The translations under genes and the position numbers were made by a program. DNA of 64,000 nt from Diadema antillarum (Eukaryota): the NCBI RefSeq assembly GCF_040938485.1, contig NW_027270972.1, positions 558,001 through 622,000 of the forward strand, in the 5' to 3' direction. How positions within the stretch are numbered: position 1 is the stretch's first letter; every line of letters starts with the position of its first letter. Shown here in pieces: positions 24,375-36,080 of the stretch. A model generated the notes under the pieces. The model had not been told where the DNA came from. It did not search any database and saw only the letters and a list, made by a program, of their open reading frames with translations.

Positions 24375-25501
24375 AGAAGAAATCCGCAACCTATACAAAG
24401 ATTATTCATAATATAGTTAAGAAATCCAGGATTCCGATGAGCTTAATGATATACCTCACTTCGTAACCGTTGCAGCAAACAAGATTTTTACATTTGGGAA
24501 TATTTTCAGCCAAACAGCTCAAATTGCTGTACGGAATTGAAATCAATCACGTGACCCGATGACGTTTCACCCTCACATTGCTCGAGCGAAGTTTATTTGC
24601 GGAGGAGCTTACGAGGAGCTCAATACACGTATAGTACATTGCGCAACTGCGTTGTATACACTGAGCTGCATGCATGATATGCATGCTGTTCGACATCGTG
24701 CGTGCATCATAACATTGAGTGAAGATGCCGATGTGTCAGGCATACGGGTGTACGAATAAGCCTGGGAAAGGCAAGAAAAAGAGCTTCTTTCAGATACCCA
24801 ACCCAGAAATAGAAAGGGAATGGTAATCCAAATCGAGTCGTATGCGAAGACCATTTTGAGTCGCACTGGTTCCAGGATGACATTCGTGTGCGTGTGATGG
24901 GATATGTGTATCAGCTGCCAGCAGTGGCAGCTCTCTCGGTCAGATCTTCTTGATTCCACTCTGGTTGGAAAGCATATGCAGGTGGACCCGACATGACACT
25001 TGCAGTAAAACTACATAGAATGAACGTACGGCAATAAACGGAGATTAACAAAATGGGCGCTAATTAGAGCGGAGAGAAAATTATAAACGAAAGAACAAGC
25101 GATGTATGAACTGTATGCTGTACGTATGTATATGGTTCACGGTGTAGTGGGACCCGACGCGACGCACGCCGTGAGCTTAACACTGAACGCTGCGACAATA
25201 CATGTACATACACACACACTCACACATAGTACTTTATACAAGTGGCACACACACACAATTTCTGTGGCAAGGGCAGGCAGCGATCGTAGAAAACGGAAGT
25301 GCGGGTCATACGCCATTGGGAATTGCATTGTGGTAGAGAACAGTCTCCCTCACTTTTAATGCGTCTCGCAAAATGAAAATATTAAACAAAATGATTAAAA
25401 ATATTTTCCGTCAAATATTTGTGAAATTAAGAGCATATCTGAGTGTTTCATATTTTGGTCTTTCATTTGAGCATGACTTTATGTAGTCCCGGATTTCTTC
25501 T
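24375..25501. mobile_element. Kolobok-type DNA transposon, internally deleted, with THAP-domain relic
   Basis: TTAA on both sides, 12-bp TIR AGAAGAAATCCG; 24725-24826 MPMCQAYGCTNK...SFFQIP...W* and 24831-24905 NRVVCEDHFE are THAP (C2CH) halves. Confidence 0.8.
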
Positions 25502-26030
25502 TTAAGCCGTTCGTAAAGTCATGCGTAACTGTACGAACAGCTTTATGAAACAGGGCTCAGGTGATTGGGAGTTTGCCATTACTGACAACTGGAAGAGAAT
25601 CTATGTACATAGATAATCATATAGATACATCTAATATTCACATACACACATATGCACAAACATAAAATGCATGCAACTATTGTAAGACAAGATCTGATAT
25701 GCGCTGCTAGTATTCTGGGGTATCTATACAAGCCTTTGTCATATAATTGAACGTGTGTGTGTGTGTGTGTGTGTAGATATTGCTGCTATAACATTAAAAC
25801 AAAACAATGTCATCATGCTTTGCTTATTGAGCACATTGTTCGGTCACATCTTAAACTTCTTCAGATCAGGAGGAGAGTTTTTCATGAATTTCCATTATGA
25901 AACAAAAGTCATTATCATCAAGATCACATTTCCACGACATTACATGATACATGTATGAGTATGACATGCATTATCCTTTTTATTCCATTGAGTTGATTGA
26001 ATGTTTTCCACCCTTGTGTTCCTAACATAC

Positions 26031-26165
26031 TTGGCCAGTCTCAGGAATCGATCAACCACAGCTCTTGTGGTCTTCTTCTTCCCTTTCCCCCTGCTGAACC
26101 GCACCACAGTTCTGTGAGGTTGCTGGGTGAGAACTGGGTTGGTAGATACAACTGCCGGCGCTGTG
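26031..26165 (-). CDS. MRPL35: MRPL35 coding exon 3
   Basis: RFSRGKGKKKTTRAVVDRFLRL matches the bL35m core; acceptor ctacag, donor AA|gtatgt. Confidence 0.93.
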
Positions 26166-26903
26166 CTGTAGGCCAATGCACGAAAGTGGGTATACAATAG
26201 TTAGAACATATGTATCTCACATAAATCAATTAGATATAGGTAAGAGAGGCAAGATGTATTAGTCCTAAGATGATTATAACAGGTCCTCCGAACATAAATT
26301 TGCAAATATCTTTAAAAGTTTAAACTGCATGGTGAAAGTTACCCTGTAAGATTAAAGCATCTCTCAAAAGGATGTACCCTTAATACATCCAAGTTCACAG
26401 ATGTCATGGCTTTGCTGAACCATGTGATCTGGAATATCATGGCCAAATTATAATGAGAAATCAAAGAAATAACACAATATACACTGTACTTTCAATCCAC
26501 TCTGAGTGCAGATTACTATCATAATCATTATCATTACGCTTTTTCAATCTATTTATTTTATTTTTATTTTTTTAAAGAAAAGATATCTACTCCTGAATGA
26601 GTATCATCAACAGATCCAGGAACAAATATTGAGAGAAAGGGAGAGGTAGGATATTTGAGTGAATTGTAATCTGCAAAGTGTGGGATGTCAGGTTGACATG
26701 ATGCCTATTCTGAATCAATTCTTACTGAAATATCATGCCTGTTCAACAATGTAAAAACAACAAAAACACACGAACAAAATATGTTCAAACTAAACTCGGT
26801 TCATCTTAACATTACTGAGCAATTCAACTTTGATGATACAGTTACTGTCAAATCAAAACAAAACAAAACAACAACCCAGAGTTTTTCTAACTGATTCACT
26901 CAC

Positions 26904-27234
26904 CTCAATGGATACAGTGTGCCAGTGAGAGGTCTGCTCAATGCCAGGCTAGTCAGTGGTCGTGCAGAACCCAGGCTGCTCTCAAGATTCAGGGAGTTCA
27001 GTCTGGTGCATATTGCAGACAGAGCACCATCCGATTTTGGGAATGATGAGTGACGAGGTTGACAAGTCCAAACCGGCCGCCCTGATGTACTGCGTAGTCT
27101 GCATCCACCCACTGATGCTACTGGGACATTTTGGCTGGCAGCCGAGGTTTGTAGACATCGTTGACTCGCCTGTATTGGTATTCCCCTCGTTAATGACCAC
27201 CATGATGAAAGCAGGATGGACTGAATGTTTTGGG
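26904..27234 (-). CDS. MRPL35: MRPL35 coding exon 2 (S/R/L-rich presequence-like region)
   Basis: Acceptor tttcactttcag, 331 nt open frame, donor AG|gtgagt; phases 1 and 2 join exons 1 and 3. Confidence 0.75.
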
Positions 27235-29324
27235 CTGAAAGTGAAATGCAAATTGTTCAGAAAAAAAAGAGTATTATACCATAATCTTTTTAAGAGTGCA
27301 CATTGTCTTTAAAATATTGCAGATGTATTGTTGTTATGCTTAAATGCAATTCAATGAGAGCAAACTGTTTCTCTCAAAAGGACTCATCACCTATGTTGCT
27401 TATTTCCATGTGGTGCTACATGTGTAGCAGTCAAATTCACATCTGGGGAAGATAGTGAAAAACAACAATCGGTATTCAACTGTCCTGATGTGATTCTTGG
27501 CCAACAACCAGCAAAAGTGTTTGAATTTTGTGAGCGCAGACAGAGATAGGCTATGATTTTGCTGCAGTTCTATAAACAACCAAGTGGTACACAGAGAACT
27601 ATTCAGGACACATGCATCAAGGTACTCTGATTGAAAAAGAAAAGAAAAAAAGACACAAAGAAAAAAAAAAAGATTCAGAGAGAAAAAAAAACACCCTCAA
27701 TCAGGATGCTAACATATTCTTTAGACATCTGGACGGTCTATTAAAGCCTAAGCTATAGAAAATGATTTGAATTTCAGGTAGAAAGACAATTTTAAGACTG
27801 TACACGCTGACATAAATACAATCACAGGATTTAATTATTCAAAAGCACTAACAGGACATGAAGGACACTGAAGAAAAATAACATTGGTTTGCAATGATAT
27901 TATCAGTGACAATAGTGCGAATACTAGTAGTACCACCCTTGCACAAAGTTGCAGCAATACAACAGAAATGTCTAATACTAGATAATCGATTCTAGTTTTT
28001 AAAAGTCAGGTATACCACTACCACTCCATAGATGGGTACGTGTTTCCTGAAAATCTGATAAAACATTTATTTACACTGCAGATATAATGGGATACTAGCT
28101 AAGGTTTGCCATGGAAAAGTTACAATTGTTACAAGCACATACACTTGTATTAACATTAAGATGGGGTGATAGTGCATCATCACTCACTCTATTTGTACAG
28201 TAGCTCATAGACTCTATTTGTTATTGTTTACAAGCACTTCACAATATCTACACGGTAATTTCATTATCTATAGCAGGTGGGGGCCTGATCTATAGCCAAA
28301 GTTGGATTGTAATGACCATAAATGGACTGAAACGTGAAATGAAACATGTGTAACCCGACACGAAGGTGTTGGGGTCGCTGGTGCGGTTAGTGCAACACTA
28401 GTCCATAGCAACCTCAGAACCTGTCAAGAGCCAGCCAGGACAGACAACGAACTAATGTAATTAGACAAAGGCAAATCCCTTCTCAACTCGCTTCTCAAGA
28501 TGCCATGCTTGCAACCACCCGTTTGTACCTAGCCTCCTGTTGACTGCCCTGCACTGCAGTGCTTGGCACTGTTAAAGTTGACCCCGGCGCGGGGCGCTGT
28601 AACTAGTAACACTCGGTACGTGTTGGGGTCACTGCTGCGATTATGTTGGAGTCAGCAGCATTCAGCTCCAGACTATGGTCTATAGCTATAGACTCAAAAC
28701 AGCACCAAGCGCCAAGCCAGAGCCACAGTCATTGACGACAGGCAATGTTACGTTCTCCCAGATAGTTGCCTAGACCAATAAATCTGCCTCTCGTTTGGCG
28801 GCCTCTTGTTCACTGTAAGTATACGACGATGGTCGTTGATACGGTTGGCCTGTTGTGAGGGGTCGACCGTATCAGCTACCGTACACTACACAAACCCAGT
28901 TTACAAGACTCGTAAGAGGCAGATTTATCAGTCAGTAGATCTAATGTCTAACATGTCACTACCTCTAACTGCGAAACACAGCCTGAACGCCGAACGCAAA
29001 GCGTTCTGACAGTATAACTGCGTACAAGGAGCGCCCCAGGGTTATTAGTAGATCTAACAAGACTAGTGGTCTAGTTCGGTTGCCCTGCAAAGTGCAAGAA
29101 GCCGACTTTTATAGATTAACACAAACGCACACAAGGGCAAGACACGACAAGCAGTGCAGACAGACATGCATTTACTCCTGTACATGTAGGCCTAAACACA
29201 TAATAGACACGACTAATGTATAAGCATATTATGAGAAGATTCTGGTCAAGACTCTATAGTATAACGTTACACAGCCGTGCTAAATGTGATGCGATGTGAC
29301 GAGTGCTAGACCTATACTAGAGTC

Positions 29325-30245
29325 GGGGCACCAGTTTGCTGCAGGGGTCCAGTTTGCGGCACCCCTAGGAATATCTAACCATATCTTCAAAAGCAGAAGG
29401 GTATTTTTTTTCTAAATTGTTTTATTTGAAGAGCAACTGAAGAGCTTTCTTTTGATACCAGAATCATGAAATAACTCGGATGATGGCCTTCATAATTCTA
29501 ATTCAAATCGTCTGTGTCACGCTATTTTAAAAAAAGTATGACTTTCTTTAACAAAATGTTAAGATGTTGTTCTGTTGCTAGGCAACCACCATCATCCCTT
29601 GTTTGTATCTTTATACAAAATCTTACTATGATTATGAAAAGAGACCTGGCATGGTAAGGATTTCTGGTGTAACTGTGTTACATTTTCTTTGTCAGTTTTG
29701 AGGATTGCAACAGTGACCAAAATGTCGGGAATGGGTCCGGTTTGCGGCATCCCTATGGGATTAACACACATATGGCTATTTTACATGTCAAAATGGGTGG
29801 AAGTTGGTGAAATAACGGTTTCAGTCTAAACTCTAGCGTTGTTAGGTTAACGTTTACATGCGATCTTGAAAAACTATGATTTTGAAATCGTGAAGGATCG
29901 AGATAATGAATCCAAATAAGGTGTTCATGTTCTAACTTCTAACAAGCTGAAAACTAGTTGGACCATCAAAAAATATTTGGTTTTTGCAAAATTTTAATGT
30001 TTTGAAGAAATCAGGGGACATTTTCGTATGGGGTGCTACAAACTGGACCCCCTGCCGCAAACCGGGTCCTCCTGGTGGTCGCAAATTTTTCTGCATAAAA
30101 TTGATTATCTAGGCTTATATATTAATATTATCACTCATGATTATGAGTAGGCCCTAAGCCTAGGATTTAATTTCTGTTGCCCGTTTTACCAGAATACTGC
30201 TAAATCCCCTTGAAAAGGCCTTAACCTGCCGCAAACTGGGTCCAC
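29325..30245. mobile_element. Non-autonomous DNA element with repeated CCAGTTTGCGGC inverted motifs, in MRPL35 intron 1
   Basis: CCAGTTTG(C/T) motifs at 29331-29360 and 29735-29750 face GCCGCAAAC(T/C)GG motifs at 30035-30068 and 30228-30243; ends approximate. Confidence 0.5.
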
Positions 30246-30492
30246 TAGCGCTTAGCACTACTCTATAGCAACTAGATTACAATGCATGTCAATGGGAATT
30301 AAATGTGTACAAGTCAAATGGCCTCGTGCATTGCATCGTGGTGCTCGCGCTCGCGCTCGCTTGTTAGTCAACGAGCCATATACACATACATGCTTGAAAT
30401 AAATGACGTGGTCAGAGTAAGAACAACCAAATGGCGAAACATCCTGTAACGTTAAAACTGATAGTAAATCTAGTAAATACCATTCCATCTAC

Positions 30493-30535
30493 CACAAGCG
30501 AAGGTAGACACTGTTGCTACTCTGGAAGCTGCCAT
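30493..30535 (-). CDS. MRPL35: MRPL35 coding exon 1 (MAASRVATVSTFAC, phase 1)
   Basis: caaaATGGCAGCT start; 43 nt to TGTG|gtagat donor; phase matches the exon 2 acceptor. An alternative phase-1 donor lies 12 nt further on. Confidence 0.7.
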
Positions 30536-30668
30536 TTTGAAAGCGCCCTCTCAGAGCCAGAGCTCGGTAGACAGCACATATTCGTACGTACATCCACATC
30601 TCACATTAAGCGCAAGTGACAAACCGCGCGAAACTGAAACGAGGGAAGGAAGAACGGACTGCTACAAA
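30536..30668. promoter_or_regulatory. Bidirectional promoter shared by MRPL35 and GINS4
   Basis: Divergent ATGs 133 bp apart in a CpG-richer stretch; YY1-like AAAATGGC overlaps the MRPL35 start codon. Confidence 0.75.
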
Positions 30669-30767
30669 ATGAGTGAAGAATTCAGCGAAAATGTCGAAGG
30701 AGAATACTCGAGTGATGAAGAAGAGGTCGAAATGACTGCAGCAGATGTGCTACAAAAATTAGAAGAG
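30669..30767 (+). CDS. GINS4: GINS4/SLD5 coding exon 1
   Basis: MSEEF...SSDEEEVEMTAADVLQKLEE, donor GAG|gtaagt. Confidence 0.92.
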
Positions 30768-31244
30768 GTAAGTACATAGTAGCATTATTTAAAGCGTTTC
30801 TTTTCATGTTTACAATGTGTTTTGGTTGTGAAGTATCACTAGTGCACTTTAGTTGCAGCTTCTTGCCGTCGCCCGCCGGCCAACGCACGACCACCTCTAC
30901 CCGACCAGACGCCGCGCTGCCTTGCGAAGCACGGCGTCGCGACACTTTTGACATTGTACAGCGACTCGGGCTGTGACCCTGTGTATAGTTACACCCTCCA
31001 CTGTACTGGGCTGGCTGGACCGGGGCTAACCCCGTCGCGGGGCGCTGTAACCCTTTACGGTACGTATTTGTCCGTATGGGGTCGCTGCTGCGGTTAGACC
31101 GGGGCTAGCTAGGCTGGGACTATTGTTGTTGTTTTGGTATTAATGGCGTGTATCACTCACGATTGAGTATTTACACAGGACTGTCCTGTGCTGTGCTATC
31201 TAGCCGCCTCCTCCGGCCTCCCAGTCCGGGAAACCCGCTCATGA

Positions 31245-31999
31245 CAGTTCGGGAAACCCACTCACAAGGGGGGCCCCTCCTTATAAGTAACCCGTCCCCC
31301 TTATAAGTAACCCCGTCCCCCTTATAAGTAACCCCGGGGCACCCCTTATAAGGAGTCTCCACGCTTTTTTGCAATGCAACGCGAAAATGAAAGGACTGCG
31401 GCAATTCGCTTGATTATGTCCATAAAGCTTCACAAGTTTCCTAGTTACTCACGAAATTTGAGCAAAATCGGTTCGAGGCATCATATCTAAAATCATGGAT
31501 TTAAATGCGATGTCAAACGACCCATGCGAATGCTGAAATGCGAGCGATTACTGGCGTGAGTGTCGCCAGGCGCGGCGGCGCGGCAATGCTTGAGTGCAGA
31601 CGTGGCGACTGAGTACGAAAGTCTCCGTACTCAGTCGCCACGTCTGCACTCAAGCATTGCCGCGCCGCCCCGCCTGGCGACACTCACGCCAGTAATCGCT
31701 CGCATTTCAGCATTCGCATGGGTCGTTTGACATCGCATTTAAATCCATGATTTTAGATATGATGCCTCAAACCGATTTTGCTCAAATTTCGTGAGTAACT
31801 AGGAAACTTGTGAAGCTTTATGGACATAATCAAGCGAATTGCCGCAGTCCTGTCATTTTCGCGTTGCATTGCAAAAAAGCGTGGAGACTCCTTATAAGGG
31901 GTGCCCCGGGGGTTACTTATAAGGGGGACGGGGTTACTTATAAAGGGGACGGGTTACTTATAAGGAGGGGCCCCCCTTGTGAGTGGGTTTCCCGAACTG
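31245..31999. repeat. 755-bp near-perfect palindrome (foldback-like element) in GINS4 intron 1
   Basis: Arms 31245-31617 and 31626-31999, 8-nt loop; 4 substitutions and 1 indel counted by hand. Confidence 0.95.
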
Positions 32000-32891
32000 A
32001 TGAGGACCGCTCCCGCGTACGAGGACTGCCCCGCCTCATGAGGACCGCCCCCACGCCTCATGAGGCCTGGGGGGAACGCCTCATGAGGCCCCCTAAACGT
32101 TATTCACTTCTTATTCATCTCACATCTGACGTATAAATTGTCGCAACTTTGCACAGTGATTTTTTGTTATACACACATGTCCACTATCCATGAGGAAAAG
32201 AAGAAAAAAATCCTGTCTGTTTTTTTTTTCAAAAATCGAGTTTTAATCAACCGATGCAGAGCGCCCATCAAAACACGGGCGCCAGCGTGTTCGCACAATG
32301 CAAGACTGCCGCACCTAGCGGCCTGATCCGACTGTTGGATCAGGCCGCAAATAGGCACCCTGGCTGTACACAAAGCCCGCAGCAAACAGGGTTGTTTACT
32401 CTACTTCTAGTACACTACTAGTCATACAGTAATGTCAGTAGTATTACGCCAACAGTAGCCAGGAGTTGGCAATGTCCGCTGATATAATGATATTCTATTG
32501 ACATTGTCGACCATGACTTTCCAACTCCAAGTCCCTATCATGATATCTTGGCATGGAATCATTTTAATAATTGCATTGTGTAAGATATAGATTCTAACCA
32601 TATAATATGCTAGAAAATTGAAGAAACTAAATTTAAAGAAATTGCCCTTGGCCTTGGACCAATAAGTGGCAATCAAAATCTCACGTTGGTGAAGGGAACG
32701 GTATGGCACATTCAAATAAATTGCAAAACAAAACAAAGCAAAGTACCGGTAGGCCTACTGAATATTAAACCAAATGAAATGTTCTATGTGTATCTGTTTC
32801 TCTCTCCCTCTCCCTCTCCCTCCACCAACTCCCCCCCCCCCCCCCCCCCCCCCCTCGATCTCTCTCTGTGTCTGCTGCAATAACTTTTCAG

Positions 32892-33038
32892 GCATGGTTG
32901 AATGAGAAGTTTGCACCCAACCTGTTGGAAAGCAAAGTGGAGATTGTAGAATGCATGTTGGAGCAGATGGAACAAATGGAGGAGAACGTGAAGAGGTGCA
33001 AGAAGGGAGACTTCAGGATCATCGTTCACCGAATGGAG
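32892..33038 (+). CDS. GINS4: GINS4 coding exon 2
   Basis: AWLNEKFAPNLLESKVEIVECMLEQ...HRME; canonical AG/GT. Confidence 0.95.
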
Positions 33039-33761
33039 GTAAGAATATTCCCTTCCCTAGTGCCAGGCAATGGCAGTGACCCAAGCCAGTGATTTCATCG
33101 ATCAGATCTTTGCAAACCAATTTCTTGGGATATAACACAAATGTGGCCAAATTCTTTTATATTTCGTGCAAAGAAAATATTCAAAACACAGCAGAGAGGA
33201 AAGTATCCCGAGAAGACATCTTATTAACAACTCAAGTGTCTTTCATTCTTTCCTTCTTTCCTGTTATTTTTCTTTTTTTTTTGTGGGAAGCCTATTTTTG
33301 GCATTAAAAAAAGGGGGATGGGCTTGTGCAGTTGGTCAACAACATTATAGCTGCATTTCATCTCTCGCCACAGTCTTTCTTCGTGAGAAAATTTATGTGA
33401 TTGATTATCATGTTAGAAGCTAGAGCGGGATATTTTCCCTACGCTTTGATTTACACAGAGTTGATGGTCACCATCACGGTCAAATGCATACTGTTAATTT
33501 GACTGAAATTGATGACTGTACTCTAATAGATGTCGTCTGAGTAAATGAATAAGAATTCTTGACCTGGAGTCTTTCCATGTTACATAAAGTATTCTATTGC
33601 AATTACCCACATTACTCAATGTACTTTATCAACCAAGTGGTGCAGTAATATTGAGCTCATATGTATTATACAATGTACTTGTATGTTTAAAAGAGATTTC
33701 AGGTCTATATACAGATTGACTGTAATGTTTGTATCTTTATATGTTTTGTGCACTACCACAG

Positions 33762-33815
33762 ATTGATAGGATCAGGTACGTCCTGAGCAGCTACCTAAGA
33801 ATAAGACTGGAAAAG
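33762..33815 (+). CDS. GINS4: GINS4 coding exon 3
   Basis: IDRIRYVLSSYLRIRLEK, the SLD5 signature (E.ER.RY.L.SYLR.RL.K). Confidence 0.95.
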
Positions 33816-34691
33816 GTTTGTAAAACAGTACATTTTTAGTAATAATTTTGTTTAATCTAATATATTTGATAGACTGATGCTCATCCAAAGATATTTTTTC
33901 TGTTGTTGAAAGTGATGTGCCTAAAATATATACATACATGTATGTCTGTAATAGTAAGGATTAACACCAATCCTGTGAAATCATGAGTCACCTTACTCAT
34001 TTGATGTGAAAACAACAAGAAAGTATTCATACATTTCCAGTGAAGTGAGAACTTTTTGACAAGGTTCAAATTTGATTTTAAAGAAAACTTTATCATACAA
34101 TCATATTGGAAGATCATGATGTGTTTAATCTTACGATGTGTTTACTTCTGAACAGACTGCTCTTAATAAGGGTGTCCTTGTTTTCTAATTTATGATTTAT
34201 GATAGTTGTGATGGTGGAAATTTGTAGTACACCAACCAACTCACGATATGCTAACAGCATAGTGAGAAAGTGAATTGCACAGTCGGCCTCAAGAAAAATA
34301 TAAAGAGCCACACACATTAAGAGTATGAACAGGTACATGTACATGCAAAAACAAGATTGAACGAGTGCACCTTCGGGAAGCTCTTGTCAGATTCCACTTG
34401 TGAAATATTTTGAATTTGTAGGGGATGATCATTCCCAGGTAACAGGTTATTCATTACATTTTGTGAACAGTTTTGAATGGATGGCAGTTTCTGTAATTAA
34501 CACAGCACGTGATAACTTTGAGATACAGTATTATGCGATGAATTGTGGATAAAGTGCAGTAGAGTAAGATGTTTACATCTCTTCAAATGTATCTCTTCAA
34601 TGCACTTCACACTAAGCATGAAACATCTCTTCAATTCATTTCACATTAAGCATGATAGGCTACAAATTCAGACTACCTCTTTTTTGCATAG

Positions 34692-34789
34692 ATTGAGAAG
34701 TATGTCCACCACATTCTCCACAAGGAATCCACACGAGGTCCTGATGAGCCAAACATGCTGTCGCCAGAAGAGTTTGCATTTGCCAAAGA
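34692..34789 (+). CDS. GINS4: GINS4 coding exon 4
   Basis: IEKYVHHILHKE...LSPEEFAFAK; donor GA|gtgagt. Confidence 0.95.
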
Positions 34790-35991
34790 GTGAGTGGAAT
34801 GTCTACCGTTATTGTTGCAATCCCTTTGCATAATTTAATCGGTATAATTTGCTTATAATGACTTGACACTTTAAACTCCGACAGGACAAATAGGCACCAC
34901 ACATGCATTTTTTCTTTCCCTCCTCATGTTCCTCTCTTTGTAAATACCCCCCCCCCCCAAACTCATCATTTGAACTATTTGCAAGCATATAGATTGTGTG
35001 CACAGGGTTGCAACGATTTTCAAGCTTTAAGCTTATGTTACAATTCCTTTGCGTGTTCGTTACCTTGAATAATGTAGCTCTCTTAGAGTTGTATACTATT
35101 TCTGTAACTGCTACTTATCAATGTATACTTATCGTATATATTATCGTATATATTCTGTCTTGGCTATATGAGATGTACTTGCATACATTTTGTATGCACT
35201 CCTATTTTGTGAACACGCATGAAATCTTGAATAAATAAATAATTAAAATAAATATCTTGCATTGATGAAGGCAAGGAAAATACAAAGTATTCTTAATACG
35301 CCATTGATTATAGTCTTTGAAGCTATGGGTGTTTTTACTGAGTGTGTTGGAAAATATCTATAATCAGAACATATATATTTCTTTTTAATTTGTTTGTTCA
35401 TTTTTTAGTTACACTGTCATTCATTATTTGGTCTATGTACAACAGGTTTTAATGAAAGTATTTTGTTGGATAACATGTAACCTTTTTATAGTTGTAGAGT
35501 TCGTCATTTTTAATTCAACACAAATTATCTGCTGTATAAAATTTCATGTAGACTGCTTAGCATTTTTGCTTTCTCCGTTTTTAAACAAAAATGTGTTCTA
35601 TACATTCAGAATGTTTTCACTATATGCTTTTCAGTCTGTTGAAGTTTGCAGCCCTGTCATTACAACTGCACAGTAATTTGATATGCTGGAGATAATTTAT
35701 TCATTTGGTGTGATTTATAAGAATAACAAAAAAAAAAAAAAAATTGTGTACAAGTCAGTGTAGTGGCTTTCTCTACCAGGTATATGGCATACAAATATTT
35801 CTGTTATAATCAATATCAATGTTTCAAAACTTTTTTTCACTGAAGCGTCTGTGATCCATTTTGAATCCATTTGAGATAAAGATGTCTACCATTCTGTCTA
35901 TGAATTGATTTCAGTCTACTAATTTCAGCCACTTTGAACTGTGGTTAGTTTTGCACTTTGATGTCTATTTGATCTTGTATTGTTCCAATAG

Positions 35992-36080
35992 GTTTGCAGA
36001 AAGCAGTGAATCTCATGCACAGCAGGTCATTCTTCGTCACATGCCACCCAACCTACAGAATCTTGACAAGCAAAAATTAG
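35992..36080 (+). CDS. GINS4: GINS4 coding exon 5
   Basis: FAESSESHAQQVILRHMPPNLQNLDKQKL; phases 2 and 1 consistent with neighbours. Confidence 0.93.

Noticed and set aside
28348-31107. Assigning the mini-element to a known ribozyme or to 7SL/tRNA
   Set aside because: No CUGANGA/GAAA core, twister L4/T1 pairing does not close, HDV P3/J4-2 not satisfied; 7SL similarity is limited to a GC-rich 15-mer.
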